Positions 24,485 to 34,400 of a DNA stretch of 64,000 nt are shown here, piece by piece (positions within the stretch are counted from its first letter, which is position 1; the number at the start of each line of letters is the position of its first letter). The stretch comes from Bacteroidaceae bacterium (GTDB lineage Bacteria; Bacteroidota; Bacteroidia; Bacteroidales; Bacteroidaceae). The notes below the pieces were generated by a model. The model made no database searches. It was not told where the DNA came from and saw nothing but the letters and a program-made list of their open reading frames with translations. The stretch lies in assembly GCA_017458585.1 (NCBI GenBank), contig JAFTAJ010000040.1:5422-69421 (forward strand), written 5' to 3'. A program made the translations under genes and the position numbers.

Positions 24485-26728
24485 TTAAAACATTACCTTC
24501 AAAAATCTACAGCCGTGCATCGGAATGATGCAATTCAGCTCGCTAGGAGATAGATTCTTCTGGCGCCATAAATCGCGAATGGTTATTGTAGGCTTCTGAC
24601 CATATAAAAGAGACTTCATATCTACCTGCTGATCTTCGTCGCCAACGTTAAAGACACCAACAGCGATAGCACCGTCAGCAAGGGGGCGTCTCCATACCTC
24701 TATATCTCCTTCCTTCAGGACACGGTCAGCTTGCTTGCCGAGAAGGTCCTGGTTGATGGCATTCACCTCGTTGTTGCAGAGCAGGCCGAGTGTGAAGTCG
24801 TCCATCTGTGCGATATCGCAGCCGATAAGCATATTGGAGGAAACAAGCGTCCACAGCGTTATGTGGGTGTATTGCTCATCGGGAGTCAGACGTGTTTCGC
24901 GAAGACCGTTGGTGTTTTCGCCCAGTCCATAACCTACTTTACCCACCACCAGCATATCCGGGTCGTTCCAATGGCCGATGGAGGAATACTGGGATTTCCC
25001 TAATTGCTGACGAAAGCCGACGTCATAGATTGATTTCCATGTGTCGTTGATGTCCTGAGCCGTGCGCCAGCTGTTGCCATCGCAGTAAAGGCCCCACAGA
25101 TACACCTGAGTTCCGCCCAATGGGCCAAGGCTGTAGAAAATGTCGCGGGGCTGCTGGCGCAGGAACTTCTGCATCAGCAGATAAGGGCGTATGCAGCTGG
25201 CATAACCATAGTCATTTTCCTGGACACGCACATTCTCATAGCTGCACCAGTCATATTTCAGATAATCCACGCCCCATTTGTTCCATACCTCGGCATCCTC
25301 TTTCTCATATCCGAGGCTGCCCAAATAGCCGCCACAGGTGGTGGCACCGGGGGCGCTGTAGATACCAAACTTCAATCCGCGTTCGTGAAGCCAATCAACG
25401 AGTTCCTTCATCGAGGGGAACTTCTCGTTTGCGTCAAGCGTACCGTCGGGATTGCGCTCTGCGGCTTCCCAGCCATCATCGATATTGATATAGCTGTAGC
25501 CATAGTCGGCCAAACCCTTGTCAATGAGCGCCTGCGCAGAGGAAATTACCTTCTCCTGCGTTACGGTCAGGCCCCAGCAGTTCCACGAGTTCCAGCCCAT
25601 TGGCGGCGTCTGACCAATCATGTCGTCGCCCACCTTCAGCGTGAACTCTTGCTGCGACTTACCTTTCGCATTCTCCGCGGTTACAGTGAAGGTCAGGTCG
25701 CCGGCGCAGTCAATCTTTCCGCTTAGCACACCGCTTTCTGTGAGTTGGAGGCCTGCGGGAAGATTACCACAGGTGAACTTCATGGGCTTTTCGCCTGACA
25801 CAGGGAAGCGATAGATAACGGGCGAGCCCGGGCGCACGCCCCACACAGGAGCACCGTTGAATCGAGGTGTTGTCGGAGCCGTAGGCGTCAGGACGTATTT
25901 CAACTGCCTGCTTTCGGTGAGCACCTTTCCTGTCTTGGCGTCGGTATAGGTTGCCGTAAGCTGATACATCCTGTCCATATTGTAGGGTATGGTCACACGC
26001 ACGGGGTTGTTGCGCTTCAAAGATAGTTTCTTAGATAGTGACTTTACCTTGACACCCGTCTCGCGGTCAATGATGGTGATATCTAATGTTCCGGCGGTAG
26101 CTGTCATGTATGCGTTGTTGACCTCTATATCATAATGATATTGCCCGACGTTTGTATCGGTAAGACGCATGGATAGTCCGTCGGCAGCCTTGGGGCAGGT
26201 GATGGTCAGGGGATTGTTGAACAAGCCGCCTCCTCCACCGCGGTTATACACACGCACAGCAATCACATTGTCCTCATCCAGGCGGACTCCGTCGTTCTTG
26301 ATATCAACCACATAGTTGCGGACATCATTAACGGCGCCAAAATAGCCGGCCGGATTTGTAGGCATACGTCCTGTCGACCCTATTAGTTTGCCATTAAGGT
26401 AGCATTCGTCCACATCATCAGCCTTGGGGAGGTTCAGGATGATGGCATTCTGCTGGTCAGCACTATTCAGTACGTTTTTGGGGAGATTCACGTGAATGCG
26501 ATACCAGCCGTACGCCCTAGCATTTTGGGGAAAGCCCTGATCGTTCCATCTCTTGGTAATGTCAATCTCGCCCCACGAGGCATCGTCCATTTCGGGCTTA
26601 GCCCAACTCATGTCATCGCCTTGCTTAAAGTATGCCTTACTGATTGTAATATCCTGTGCTGTTGCCTGTAGCCCAGCCAGGGCAAGGAAAGCAGATATAT
26701 AGATTCTTTTCATTTTCTTTTTTTTCAA
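24485..26728 (-). CDS. alpha-galactosidase, glycoside hydrolase family 27, with N-terminal sugar-binding and Ig-like domains
   Basis: 747 aa. GH27 motifs are GWNSWNCWG, YINIDDGWE, LKFGIYSAPG and VDYLKYDWC. Confidence 0.75.
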   Translation of the reverse strand: MKKKKMKRIYISAFLALAGLQATAQDITISKAYFKQGDDMSWAKPEMDDASWGEIDITKRWNDQGFPQNARAYGWYRIHVNLPKNVLNSADQQNAIILNLPKADDVDECYLNGKLIGSTGRMPTNPAGYFGAVNDVRNYVVDIKNDGVRLDEDNVIAVRVYNRGGGGGLFNNPLTITCPKAADGLSMRLTDTNVGQYHYDIEVNNAYMTATAGTLDITIIDRETGVKVKSLSKKLSLKRNNPVRVTIPYNMDRMYQLTATYTDAKTGKVLTESRQLKYVLTPTAPTTPRFNGAPVWGVRPGSPVIYRFPVSGEKPMKFTCGNLPAGLQLTESGVLSGKIDCAGDLTFTVTAENAKGKSQQEFTLKVGDDMIGQTPPMGWNSWNCWGLTVTQEKVISSAQALIDKGLADYGYSYINIDDGWEAAERNPDGTLDANEKFPSMKELVDWLHERGLKFGIYSAPGATTCGGYLGSLGYEKEDAEVWNKWGVDYLKYDWCSYENVRVQENDYGYASCIRPYLLMQKFLRQQPRDIFYSLGPLGGTQVYLWGLYCDGNSWRTAQDINDTWKSIYDVGFRQQLGKSQYSSIGHWNDPDMLVVGKVGYGLGENTNGLRETRLTPDEQYTHITLWTLVSSNMLIGCDIAQMDDFTLGLLCNNEVNAINQDLLGKQADRVLKEGDIEVWRRPLADGAIAVGVFNVGDEDQQVDMKSLLYGQKPTITIRDLWRQKNLSPSELNCIIPMHGCRFLKVMF

Positions 26729-26733
26729 TCCTT

Positions 26734-26786
26734 AATCCTTCTGCCCCTAAGTTAGGGGAAGTCCCCGTAAGAGGGATGGGGTGTGT
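26734..26786 (+). repeat. 53-nt double-hairpin element, copy 1
   Basis: aatccttctgCCCCTAagtTAGGGGaagTCCCCgtaaGAGGGAtggggtgtgt matches 28449-28501 at 52/53 positions. It overlaps the last ~13 codons and the stop of the ABC ATPase gene. Confidence 0.9.
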
Positions 26787-27523
26787 AAATCCTTAATCCT
26801 CTTGGCTGCAAATATAAAGTCGTTCAGCTGTTTGTTGGCCGAGCTGAGCACATCCCCCTTGCCCCCTTGCCATGCCTTGTGCCCGTTGTCGATAAATAAG
26901 ATGTTTTCACCTATCCCCATCACAGAGTTCATGTCGTGAGTGTTCACAACCGTCGTAATGTCGTTTTCGTGGGTTATTTCAGATATCAGGCCGTCGATAA
27001 CCAGCGATGTCTTGGGATCAAGCCCTGAGTTAGGCTCGTCGCAAAACAAGTAGCGAGGCTCCATGGCAATCGCGCGAGCTATCGCCGTGCGCTTCTGCAT
27101 GCCCCCACTCAGTTCGTTAGGCAGCTTGCCCGCCCCCTCCAGCATGTTCACACGGTCCAGGCACCACTGTGCCCTATGTCTGCGCTCCTTGTAGCCCATC
27201 GACGAAAACATGTCAAGAGGAAACATCACATTCTCCAACACCGTCATAGAGTCAAACAGCGCCCCCCCCTGGAACAACATCCCTATCTCGCGGCGCAGCA
27301 GAGAGCGCTCCCTCTTCGTCATCACCGTGATGTCGCGGCCGTCATAGAAGATATGCCCCGACTCGGGCTGCAGCAATCCTACGATGCAGTTCATTAGCAC
27401 CGTCTTGCCCGAACCGCTCTGACCAATGATAAGATTCGTCTGGCCGTTGCCGAACTCCACACTGATATCACTCAGCACCCGTCTGCCGTCAAACGACTTG
27501 TTTATATTCTCTACCCTTATCAT
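26747..27523 (-). CDS. ABC transporter ATP-binding protein, MlaF-like
   Basis: 258 aa with Walker A GQSGSGKT, signature LSGGMQKR and Walker B LFCDEP. The C-terminal tail ...IKDLHTPSLLRGLPLT is encoded by the repeat element. Confidence 0.85.
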   Translation of the reverse strand: MIRVENINKSFDGRRVLSDISVEFGNGQTNLIIGQSGSGKTVLMNCIVGLLQPESGHIFYDGRDITVMTKRERSLLRREIGMLFQGGALFDSMTVLENVMFPLDMFSSMGYKERRHRAQWCLDRVNMLEGAGKLPNELSGGMQKRTAIARAIAMEPRYLFCDEPNSGLDPKTSLVIDGLISEITHENDITTVVNTHDMNSVMGIGENILFIDNGHKAWQGGKGDVLSSANKQLNDFIFAAKRIKDLHTPSLLRGLPLT

Positions 27524-27525
27524 CT

Positions 27526-28305
27526 CTATGTCGATAGCAATTGCGTGAGGAAAATATCAGAAAACAGTATCAGCACCGAGCACGACACAACCGCGCTCGT
27601 GCTTGCCTTGCCCACCTCTATCGAGCCACCCTTCACATTGTAGCCGTAGTACGACGATACGCTCGCAATGATGAACGCAAAGAAGAGCGATTTTATTACA
27701 CCCATCCAGAAATACCACGGAGTGAAACTGTGTTGCAGTCCCAGTGTCAGGTCAGTGGGAGTGATAATGTGAGCCAACCAGGCGGTGCAGTAGGCACCCA
27801 CGATACCGGCAGCCACACTAAACGTAACCAATACGGGGATGAAGCTTACCAGCGCGGCAATCTTAGGCAAAATGATATGAGAGGCAGAGTTCACACCCAT
27901 TATCTCCAGAGCATCAATCTGCTGCGTGATGCGCATAGTGCCTATCTCCGACGCAATATTCGAACCCACCTTCCCGGCAAGAATCAGACACATTATCGCC
28001 GACGAGAACTCCAGCAGCATTATCTCGCGAGTGGTGTAGCCGCTCGTCCACGCAGGCATCCAGATGCTCTGGATATTCAGCTTTATCTGTATGCAAATCA
28101 CCGCACCAATAAAAAGTGAGATGAGTAGCACAATGCCCACAGAGTTGATGCCTAGGTTCATCAACTCCTGATAGTACTTCTTGAAAAACATCCTCATCCT
28201 CTCCGGCCGCTGAAAGGTGCGACCCATGAGTATCAGGTATTCGCCAAGTGCCTGCAGGCCTTTTTTTATCATTTTCAGCATTCTTTCGTGTCTTTGCTTC
28301 AACAA
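27526..28305 (-). CDS. mlaE: MlaE family ABC transporter permease
   Basis: 259 aa and multi-TM, immediately upstream of the ATPase gene. An alternative start MIKKGLQ at 28272 is possible. Confidence 0.8.
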   Translation of the reverse strand: MLKQRHERMLKMIKKGLQALGEYLILMGRTFQRPERMRMFFKKYYQELMNLGINSVGIVLLISLFIGAVICIQIKLNIQSIWMPAWTSGYTTREIMLLEFSSAIMCLILAGKVGSNIASEIGTMRITQQIDALEIMGVNSASHIILPKIAALVSFIPVLVTFSVAAGIVGAYCTAWLAHIITPTDLTLGLQHSFTPWYFWMGVIKSLFFAFIIASVSSYYGYNVKGGSIEVGKASTSAVVSCSVLILFSDIFLTQLLST

Positions 28306-28346
28306 TAACTTTAAGGAAAAGCGTCAGTTTTCAGCCTTATTTAATG

Positions 28347-28354
28347 CAAAAGTA
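28347..28354 (-). promoter_or_regulatory. putative -7 box TACTTTTG for mlaE-mlaF
   Basis: The plus strand reads caaaagta, 41 nt upstream of 28305. Confidence 0.4.
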
Positions 28355-28418
28355 ATAAAAAGCATCTAAAGATGGCAAAAAACCACCACAGTATATTTAG
28401 GATTTGCATAAAAATATT

Positions 28419-28426
28419 TAACTTTG
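28419..28426 (+). promoter_or_regulatory. putative -7 box TAACTTTG for the 223-aa gene
   Basis: tatttaactttgcac. Copy 2 of the 53-nt element would fall in the 5' leader. Confidence 0.45.
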
Positions 28427-28448
28427 CACTTAAAACATATCAAATCTC

Positions 28449-28501
28449 AATCCTTCTGCCCCTAAGTTAGGGGAAGTCCCCGTAAGGGGGATGGGGTGTG
28501 T
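28449..28501 (+). repeat. 53-nt double-hairpin element, copy 2
   Basis: aatccttctgCCCCTAagtTAGGGGaagTCCCCgtaaGGGGGAtggggtgtgt is a direct repeat of 26734-26786. Confidence 0.9.
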
Positions 28502-28533
28502 CAATGTTCAATGTTCAATCTTCAATGTTCAAT
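28501..28533 (+). repeat. heptamer array TTCAATG x4 carrying ATG codons
   Basis: tcaatgttcaatgttcaatcttcaatgttcaat has ATGs at 28504, 28511 and 28525. Confidence 0.85.
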
Positions 28534-29169
28534 TTATCTAAGATCTTCGGAAAGAAATCTAGCGACAAGGCCTCCTATCGCATTGGCGGCATGGAAGACT
28601 TTATGTCGCTCATAAGAGTATATTATCAGGCACAGATGGCATCAAAGCTGGGCATCACCAACCTTGCCATGCTGCCCGACCTGCGTATGTTTAAGAGCAG
28701 CCTTAAAGTTGCCACAGTCAACAATCGCCTGGGACTGGGTGAGAAAAACAAGTGCAAGAAAATGCTCGAAGACATGTACGGCATGAAAGAGGACTTCTTC
28801 ACCGAGATAGACGCCAGCCTTAAGGCCAATTGCCGCAACGTCAATCAAGTGAACAACTACTTCATGCTCTTCCAGAGCTTCAGTCAGGATTTAATCACCG
28901 TCCTGTCCAGCACTCTACAGTTGCGCTTGCGCATGCCCTCGTTCATGAAGAAAGCGCTGCGTGCCGTGGTGGAGAAGGGCGTTAACGACATCTTCGTGAA
29001 GGAAAAGTTCAAGGATGACGCTGTACGCAAAGCCACCTACGCCATCCGTGGCACACAGCAGCGTCTGGGCTATTCTCGCGAATGGATGACCGAGTATGCA
29101 TACCATATTATCATACTGGCCAAGAAGGAGCCGCGCAACCGAGAGGCAGAGGCACAGGCCAAGAAATAA
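28525..29169 (+). CDS. hypothetical protein (~214 aa)
   Basis: The track ORF starts at GTG 28498. In-frame ATGs at 28504 and 28525 lie inside the heptamer array. I chose MFNLSKIFGKK (28525), but the start is uncertain. Confidence 0.6.
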   Translation: MFNLSKIFGKKSSDKASYRIGGMEDFMSLIRVYYQAQMASKLGITNLAMLPDLRMFKSSLKVATVNNRLGLGEKNKCKKMLEDMYGMKEDFFTEIDASLKANCRNVNQVNNYFMLFQSFSQDLITVLSSTLQLRLRMPSFMKKALRAVVEKGVNDIFVKEKFKDDAVRKATYAIRGTQQRLGYSREWMTEYAYHIIILAKKEPRNREAEAQAKK

Positions 29170-29184
29170 AAAGACCGAATCACA

Positions 29185-29451
29185 ATGGCAACCAAAAAAG
29201 AAGAACTCATACAACAGCTGGATGTGAAGCTGGACATCCTTTCAAAGCGCTACACAAATCTGCAAAAGCAGCAGCAGTTGGCAACAGCGCTGCAAGAGGA
29301 AAATGCGCTCCTCAAGCAGAAATACGAGTCCCTCAAGACGGCAAAAACCCTCTCTCTTAGCGAGAAGGACATCCACCAGACCCGCGTCCAACTCTCGCGC
29401 CTAATTCGTCAGATTGACACATGCATCTCACTCTTAACTCCTAACTCCTAA
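29185..29451 (+). CDS. small coiled-coil protein (88 aa) upstream of zapA
   Basis: A heptad-rich sequence with a conserved-looking position before zapA. The last 6 codons and the stop are supplied by a CTCCTAA array. Confidence 0.5.
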   Translation: MATKKEELIQQLDVKLDILSKRYTNLQKQQQLATALQEENALLKQKYESLKTAKTLSLSEKDIHQTRVQLSRLIRQIDTCISLLTPNS

Positions 29452-29463
29452 TTCCTAATTTCT
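29433..29463 (+). repeat. heptamer array CTCCTAA overlapping a stop codon
   Basis: cttaactcctaactcctaattcctaatttct. Confidence 0.85.
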
Positions 29464-29465
29464 CT

Positions 29466-29738
29466 ATGCCTTCACAGAAATTTGACATACATATCAACAT
29501 CGCCAATAAGATGTATCCCATCACCGTCGACCGCAACAGCGAGGAGATATATCGCAACGCTGCAAAACTAATACAGCGTAGGCTCGACACTTACACTGCC
29601 GCATTCCATGCCGAGGACAAGCAAGACTATTATGCCATGGTAATGCTTGACCTGGCCGTAAACCTCGTTTCCGACAAAGACATAGAAGACCGTCTGCAGC
29701 ACCTCGTTGACAAACTCGACAAGACACTGCAACTGTAA
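29466..29738 (+). CDS. zapA: cell division protein ZapA
   Basis: 90 aa. INIANKMYPITVDRNSEE matches ZapA-type sequence, and the gene sits in the typical zapA-rny arrangement. Confidence 0.7.
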   Translation: MPSQKFDIHINIANKMYPITVDRNSEEIYRNAAKLIQRRLDTYTAAFHAEDKQDYYAMVMLDLAVNLVSDKDIEDRLQHLVDKLDKTLQL

Positions 29739-29772
29739 TCAATAAGAAATCTCTCAAAAAGACATCATATAT

Positions 29773-29802
29773 CCTTAACCCTTAACCCTTAACCCTTAAA
29801 CC
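29773..29802 (+). repeat. heptamer array CCTTAAC x4
   Basis: ccttaacccttaacccttaacccttaaacc lies just upstream of the rny ATG (29806). Confidence 0.85.
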
Positions 29803-29805
29803 ATT

Positions 29806-31341
29806 ATGATCACATCCATTATACTTGCTGTCGCTTGTCTCATTGTGGGATGCGTACTGGGCTACGCCATCTTCCGCTATGTCATCAAGGCCAAGTATAA
29901 CACCACTATTGCCCAAGCAGAGCTTGAGGCCAAGACACTCAAGGAGAAGAAACTCCTGGAAGTGAAAGAAGAGTTCGTTGACCGCAAAGAAAAATTCGAT
30001 AAAGAGATGCAGCAACGCAATCAGAATATTCTGCAGGCGGAAAACAAACTCAAGCAACGCGAAATAAGCATTAACCAACGTCAGGAGATGGCCAACCGTC
30101 GCAAGATGGAGCTGGACACCCTGCAAACAAACCTCGAGAAGCAGAGCCTCAATCTGCAGCGCAAGGAAGAAGAGGTAGCCAAGTTGGAAGCTCAAGAGCG
30201 CGAGAAACTGGAGACCATAAGTGGGCTCTCTGCAGAAGAAGCCAAAGAGCGTCTCATCGTCTCACTCAAGGACGAGGCTCGCACCTCCGCCCAGAGCTAT
30301 ATCAACGAAATCATGGACGAGGCCAAGATGACGGCCAACAAGGAAGCCAAGAAGATAGTCATCCAGACTATTCAGCGCGTGGCTACCGAGACAGCAGTGG
30401 AAAACTCTGTCACCGTATTTCACATCGACAACGACGAGGTCAAGGGCCGCATCATTGGTCGCGAAGGACGCAACATACGTGCCTTGGAAGCAGCCACCGG
30501 TGTCGAAATTGTTGTTGACGACACTCCCGAGGCCATCGTTATCTCAGCTTTCGATCCTGTAAGACGCGAGATATGCCGACTGGCACTTCATCAACTTATC
30601 TCCGACGGTCGCATCCATCCTGCACGCATCGAGGAAGTAGTGGCCAAGGTGAAGAAGCAAGTTGACGAAGAAGTGCTCGAGACTGGTAAGCGCACAGCTA
30701 TTGACCTTGGCATCCATGGCCTGCATCCTGAGCTCATTCGCATCATCGGTAAGATGAAGTACCGCTCATCCTACGGCCAGAACCTGCTCATGCACGCTCG
30801 TGAGACAGCCAACCTGGCAGGCATCATGGCCGCAGAGCTCGGTCTCAGCTCACGCAAGGCTAAGCGTGCAGGTCTGCTCCACGATATCGGCAAGGTGCCA
30901 GATGAAGACACCGAACTGTCACACGCCGAGTATGGCGCAAAGATAGCCGAGGAATTCAAGGAGAAGCCGGAGATTGTCAACGCTATCGCCGCCCATCACG
31001 ACGAGTGCGAGATGACTACTCTCATCGCGCCCATCGTTCAGGTATGCGATGCCATCAGCGGTGCTCGTCCCGGTGCTCGCCGTGAAGTGGCTGAAGCATA
31101 TATCAAGCGACTTAAGGATCTTGAGAACATTGCCATGAGCTATCCTGGCGTGACCAAGACATACGCCATCCAGGCAGGACGTGAGCTCCGAGTAATCGTA
31201 GGCGCCGACAAGGTGGATGATGCTCAGTGCAACCAGCTCTCGCTTGACATAGCCAACAAGATACAGACCGACATGACTTATCCGGGACAAGTGAAAGTTT
31301 GCGTTATCCGCGAGATACGCTCCATCAACTACGCAAAGTAA
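29806..31341 (+). CDS. rny: ribonuclease Y
   Basis: 511 aa with an N-terminal TM, a long coiled coil, a KH domain ([12 protein letters not shown]) and an HD domain (LLHDIGK). Confidence 0.92.
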   Translation: MITSIILAVACLIVGCVLGYAIFRYVIKAKYNTTIAQAELEAKTLKEKKLLEVKEEFVDRKEKFDKEMQQRNQNILQAENKLKQREISINQRQEMANRRKMELDTLQTNLEKQSLNLQRKEEEVAKLEAQEREKLETISGLSAEEAKERLIVSLKDEARTSAQSYINEIMDEAKMTANKEAKKIVIQTIQRVATETAVENSVTVFHIDNDEVKGRIIGREGRNIRALEAATGVEIVVDDTPEAIVISAFDPVRREICRLALHQLISDGRIHPARIEEVVAKVKKQVDEEVLETGKRTAIDLGIHGLHPELIRIIGKMKYRSSYGQNLLMHARETANLAGIMAAELGLSSRKAKRAGLLHDIGKVPDEDTELSHAEYGAKIAEEFKEKPEIVNAIAAHHDECEMTTLIAPIVQVCDAISGARPGARREVAEAYIKRLKDLENIAMSYPGVTKTYAIQAGRELRVIVGADKVDDAQCNQLSLDIANKIQTDMTYPGQVKVCVIREIRSINYAK

Positions 31342-31377
31342 TTACTGGCACATACACTTCATTTTCTTCATTATTTT

Positions 31378-31410
31378 CCCCACGTCTGTCATGGACGTGG
31401 GGTTTTTCTT
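31378..31410 (+). terminator. rho-independent terminator of rny
   Basis: CCCCACGTC-tgtcatg-GACGTGGGG is followed by TTTTTCTTT. Confidence 0.75.
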
Positions 31411-31418
31411 TATGCGCA

Positions 31419-31468
31419 TAAAAAAAAGAGAGCGGGCCCATCACAACTCTGTCGCAATGGACCCGCCC
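31419..31468 (-). terminator. rho-independent terminator of the M60-like gene
   Basis: Hairpin GCGGG(C/T)CCAT (31432-41 pairing with 31457-66), followed on the minus strand by a U-run (A-run 31421-31427 on plus). Confidence 0.6.
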
Positions 31469-31470
31469 TT

Positions 31471-31498
31471 CTTACATCTTACATCTTACATCTTACAT
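31471..31498 (+). repeat. heptamer array CTTACAT x4
   Basis: cttacatcttacatcttacatcttacat abuts the stop codon of the minus-strand gene at 31500. Confidence 0.85.
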
Positions 31499-31499
31499 A

Positions 31500-34400
31500 T
31501 CAATACCGCACCTTCACGCCATTCTGGATATAGACGTTGCCGCGCTGCGGATTGGCCACCTGGCGACCGAAGAGGTCGTAGGCAGGCTTGGCAGGGTCGA
31601 AGGCCGCGTCTTCATCAACTGCCACGGTGGCATCGTTGATTGCAGTCAGACCGCGCGGATCGTAGATGATGAGGTCAGAGCCATCACCCAGTGCTGCTAC
31701 AACATAGAATTCAGTGCCAATGAGATCATCAGGCATCTTGATGGTATAGTTGTTGTCAGCGTATATCATCTTGTGGTTAGCATTGTAGAACTTGAAGCCT
31801 ACTGCACCCTGACCACCGGAGATTAGCATCTCCTTTGTCTTTGATCTGTACATGCAGCTATATTTGCGGTAGGGCGCTCCGTCAACAAAGTCGGTGAACA
31901 TACCTGTCTGGCCAACCTCGCTGGCATCGCCAGGAGTGGCTTCGCTGGTGGTGGCTACACGCATAGTACCCTCTGCCATACCGGGATAGTCGGCAGGGTA
32001 TTTCTGGATACGCTCATCGATAAACATGATGTTACCCAACTTCTTCGGATACTTCTGCATGTATGCGATGGCAGCATCAATCTCTGCCTGAGTGGTAGTC
32101 ATATACTTGGTGCTGTAGTCGCTGATAACATAGTCCTTCACAGGTACAAAGAAGCCCCAGAACTCGAAGAATTCGCTAAGGTCAGCCTGTGCAATGTCGC
32201 AGCAGAACTTGGCAAACTTGAGGTAGTCGGTTGTGCCGCTGCCAGGGTTAGATGCATTGGTTGACATCTGAATGGGGCTCTCGCGGAACTTGTCAAACAA
32301 CTGCTGGTAGAATGTGGTGTTGTGCTCCATCAGGTGGAAGTACAGCCAGAGCTGGAAATACATGCGGCAACGCTGCCAGAGGTCATAGTCGTTCCAGAAC
32401 TTACCTGCATAGAAGGCATTGCGAGCCTCCTTCCACGGGCCGCCACGTCCTGTATTGGAGCCTTGCATCCAAGTGTTCACCTGCGAGAAGAAGTTGTTGG
32501 ATATCTCGGTGCAGCCAGCCAGGTTAATAAGATTCTGATGCACATGTCCTGTCTCGTGAGCGATACACCAGAAGTTTGCACCATTGTCATTCTCCTTGCC
32601 ATGAGTCATGGCATCGTAGTTCATGATAGTACCTACGCCAGGATAGTATGTTCCGTATGTGGTGGCGTAAGGATTGCCGTCGGAGGAACTGCTGGCAGAA
32701 AGCATACAGTTGAAGCGGTCGGCAAACCTGTTGGCATTCATCAAGTCGCGCTGCACAGCCACAAGGTCGTCCCAGCGATGGAGTGTGCCTTCGATACCCT
32801 TGGCAATGCCGTCGGTGTCTATCTCATCAAGCTCGCTGTCCTTAATCTGCTTCTTCAGTTCTACATAGTTCATGTTATACTCATAGTACTTCGACTTCAA
32901 GTGTACTATCTCGTCCTGGAAGAGATTTTCAACCATGTCCTTCCAGTCGGCATTGGTGTGGCCGCGGGTGATGTCAAAGTAGCCCTGCACTCTACCACCC
33001 TCTATATGAATGGTTATGGGCTGGAAGTCGGCCAACTTCTTATTTGTGCTGGTGACAGTATAGTGAATAAACAGATGACCTTCGTCAGATGGTACAAACA
33101 CATTCACACCGCGCTTGAGCTGGGTTACAGAAGGATTTATCTCGTAGCCCTTGTTGGAACTGAAGGTGAGGGTTGAATTGGCGGGAGCGTTGGCGCCGGC
33201 AAAAATCAGAATCACGTCACCAGCCTTTACGCTGATACCGGTAGGAGCTGTCTGCGGCGAGAACTGATAGCTGGTGCCTACAAGGCTGCCAGAGTTCCAC
33301 TTCGTTGGGTCGCTATATGCCTCGTAGTCGTAGATACGGAACTCCTTCTCACGATGGCCCCAGGTGTCGTTCTTTATCTTCAGCGCCATATTGATAAGAG
33401 TCTTCGGCAGTCCAGTCTCTTGCATGGCTGCGGTGAAGTCGTCATCGCTCATCTCCTTATACTCATCCTTTAGCTCAGTGAAAGCATAGTCGCTGAAGTA
33501 TGTCTGCAGACGGGTGTTGAGCACCGTAGAGCTTGTGTTATATATAAGGTTATACTCCTCGTAGGCATCAGCGGCAGCTTGCAACTGCTCATCAGTCAAA
33601 TCAACGCGGTTGAGTATCCACTGTGCGGTAGTGTTGTTGATATCACTATTTACGCCCACATTACCTTTGGCACCGAGTCCTGTCTCGGGTTTCAGTGGTT
33701 CAATTATATTGTATGAGCTGGTCCATGCGTATGCACTGGGCTCTACCTGCCACCACTGGCTGTTGCCGCTGTTGACTGTGGTCATATAGGTGCCGTTGCA
33801 TGCACTGGATGGACTGCTGGCCTTGCGATTGATGAAGCGTTTTGAGAATACATTCTGCAGCGAGTAGGTGCCGTCTTCATCGTTGCGGGTAATCTTCCAA
33901 TACTGCTCCCATGCATCCTCGGTCAGATCCATTGTCACGATGTTGTTGTCGCCCTTGCGCTCTGCCATTACCTTGCCGTCGCTGAGGTTGGTGATTGTGT
34001 AGTAAACGCCCGCATCTAGGTCGAGGGTGCCTACGCCAAGCACATTGTCGAGGTTGGCCTTAACGGCAGCTGCATCTACTTCGCTGCTTGCCACCGGCTG
34101 CAGTATCCACTCGGAGTTGCGGTCGTTGTTGTAATACCAGTCGGTGAGTCCGCTGCTTCCGCTCTTTAGGTTAGCACAGTTGCTCTTGCCCGACTGCACC
34201 TCGCCATGGCAGATAACAATATACTTGTCATCGTCGGAGGTGTTGTTGGGGCTGAGCTGTATGGTCCAGAAATACTTCGACGCGGTGCAGCTATAGTTAG
34301 ACTGCAGATAGTCACCGGTCTTGGCATTGCGCAGACTGAAGCCGTCGTCGCCATGCTCGATAATCCACATCTGCGACATAGCTTGGTTTGACCTGGTGCC

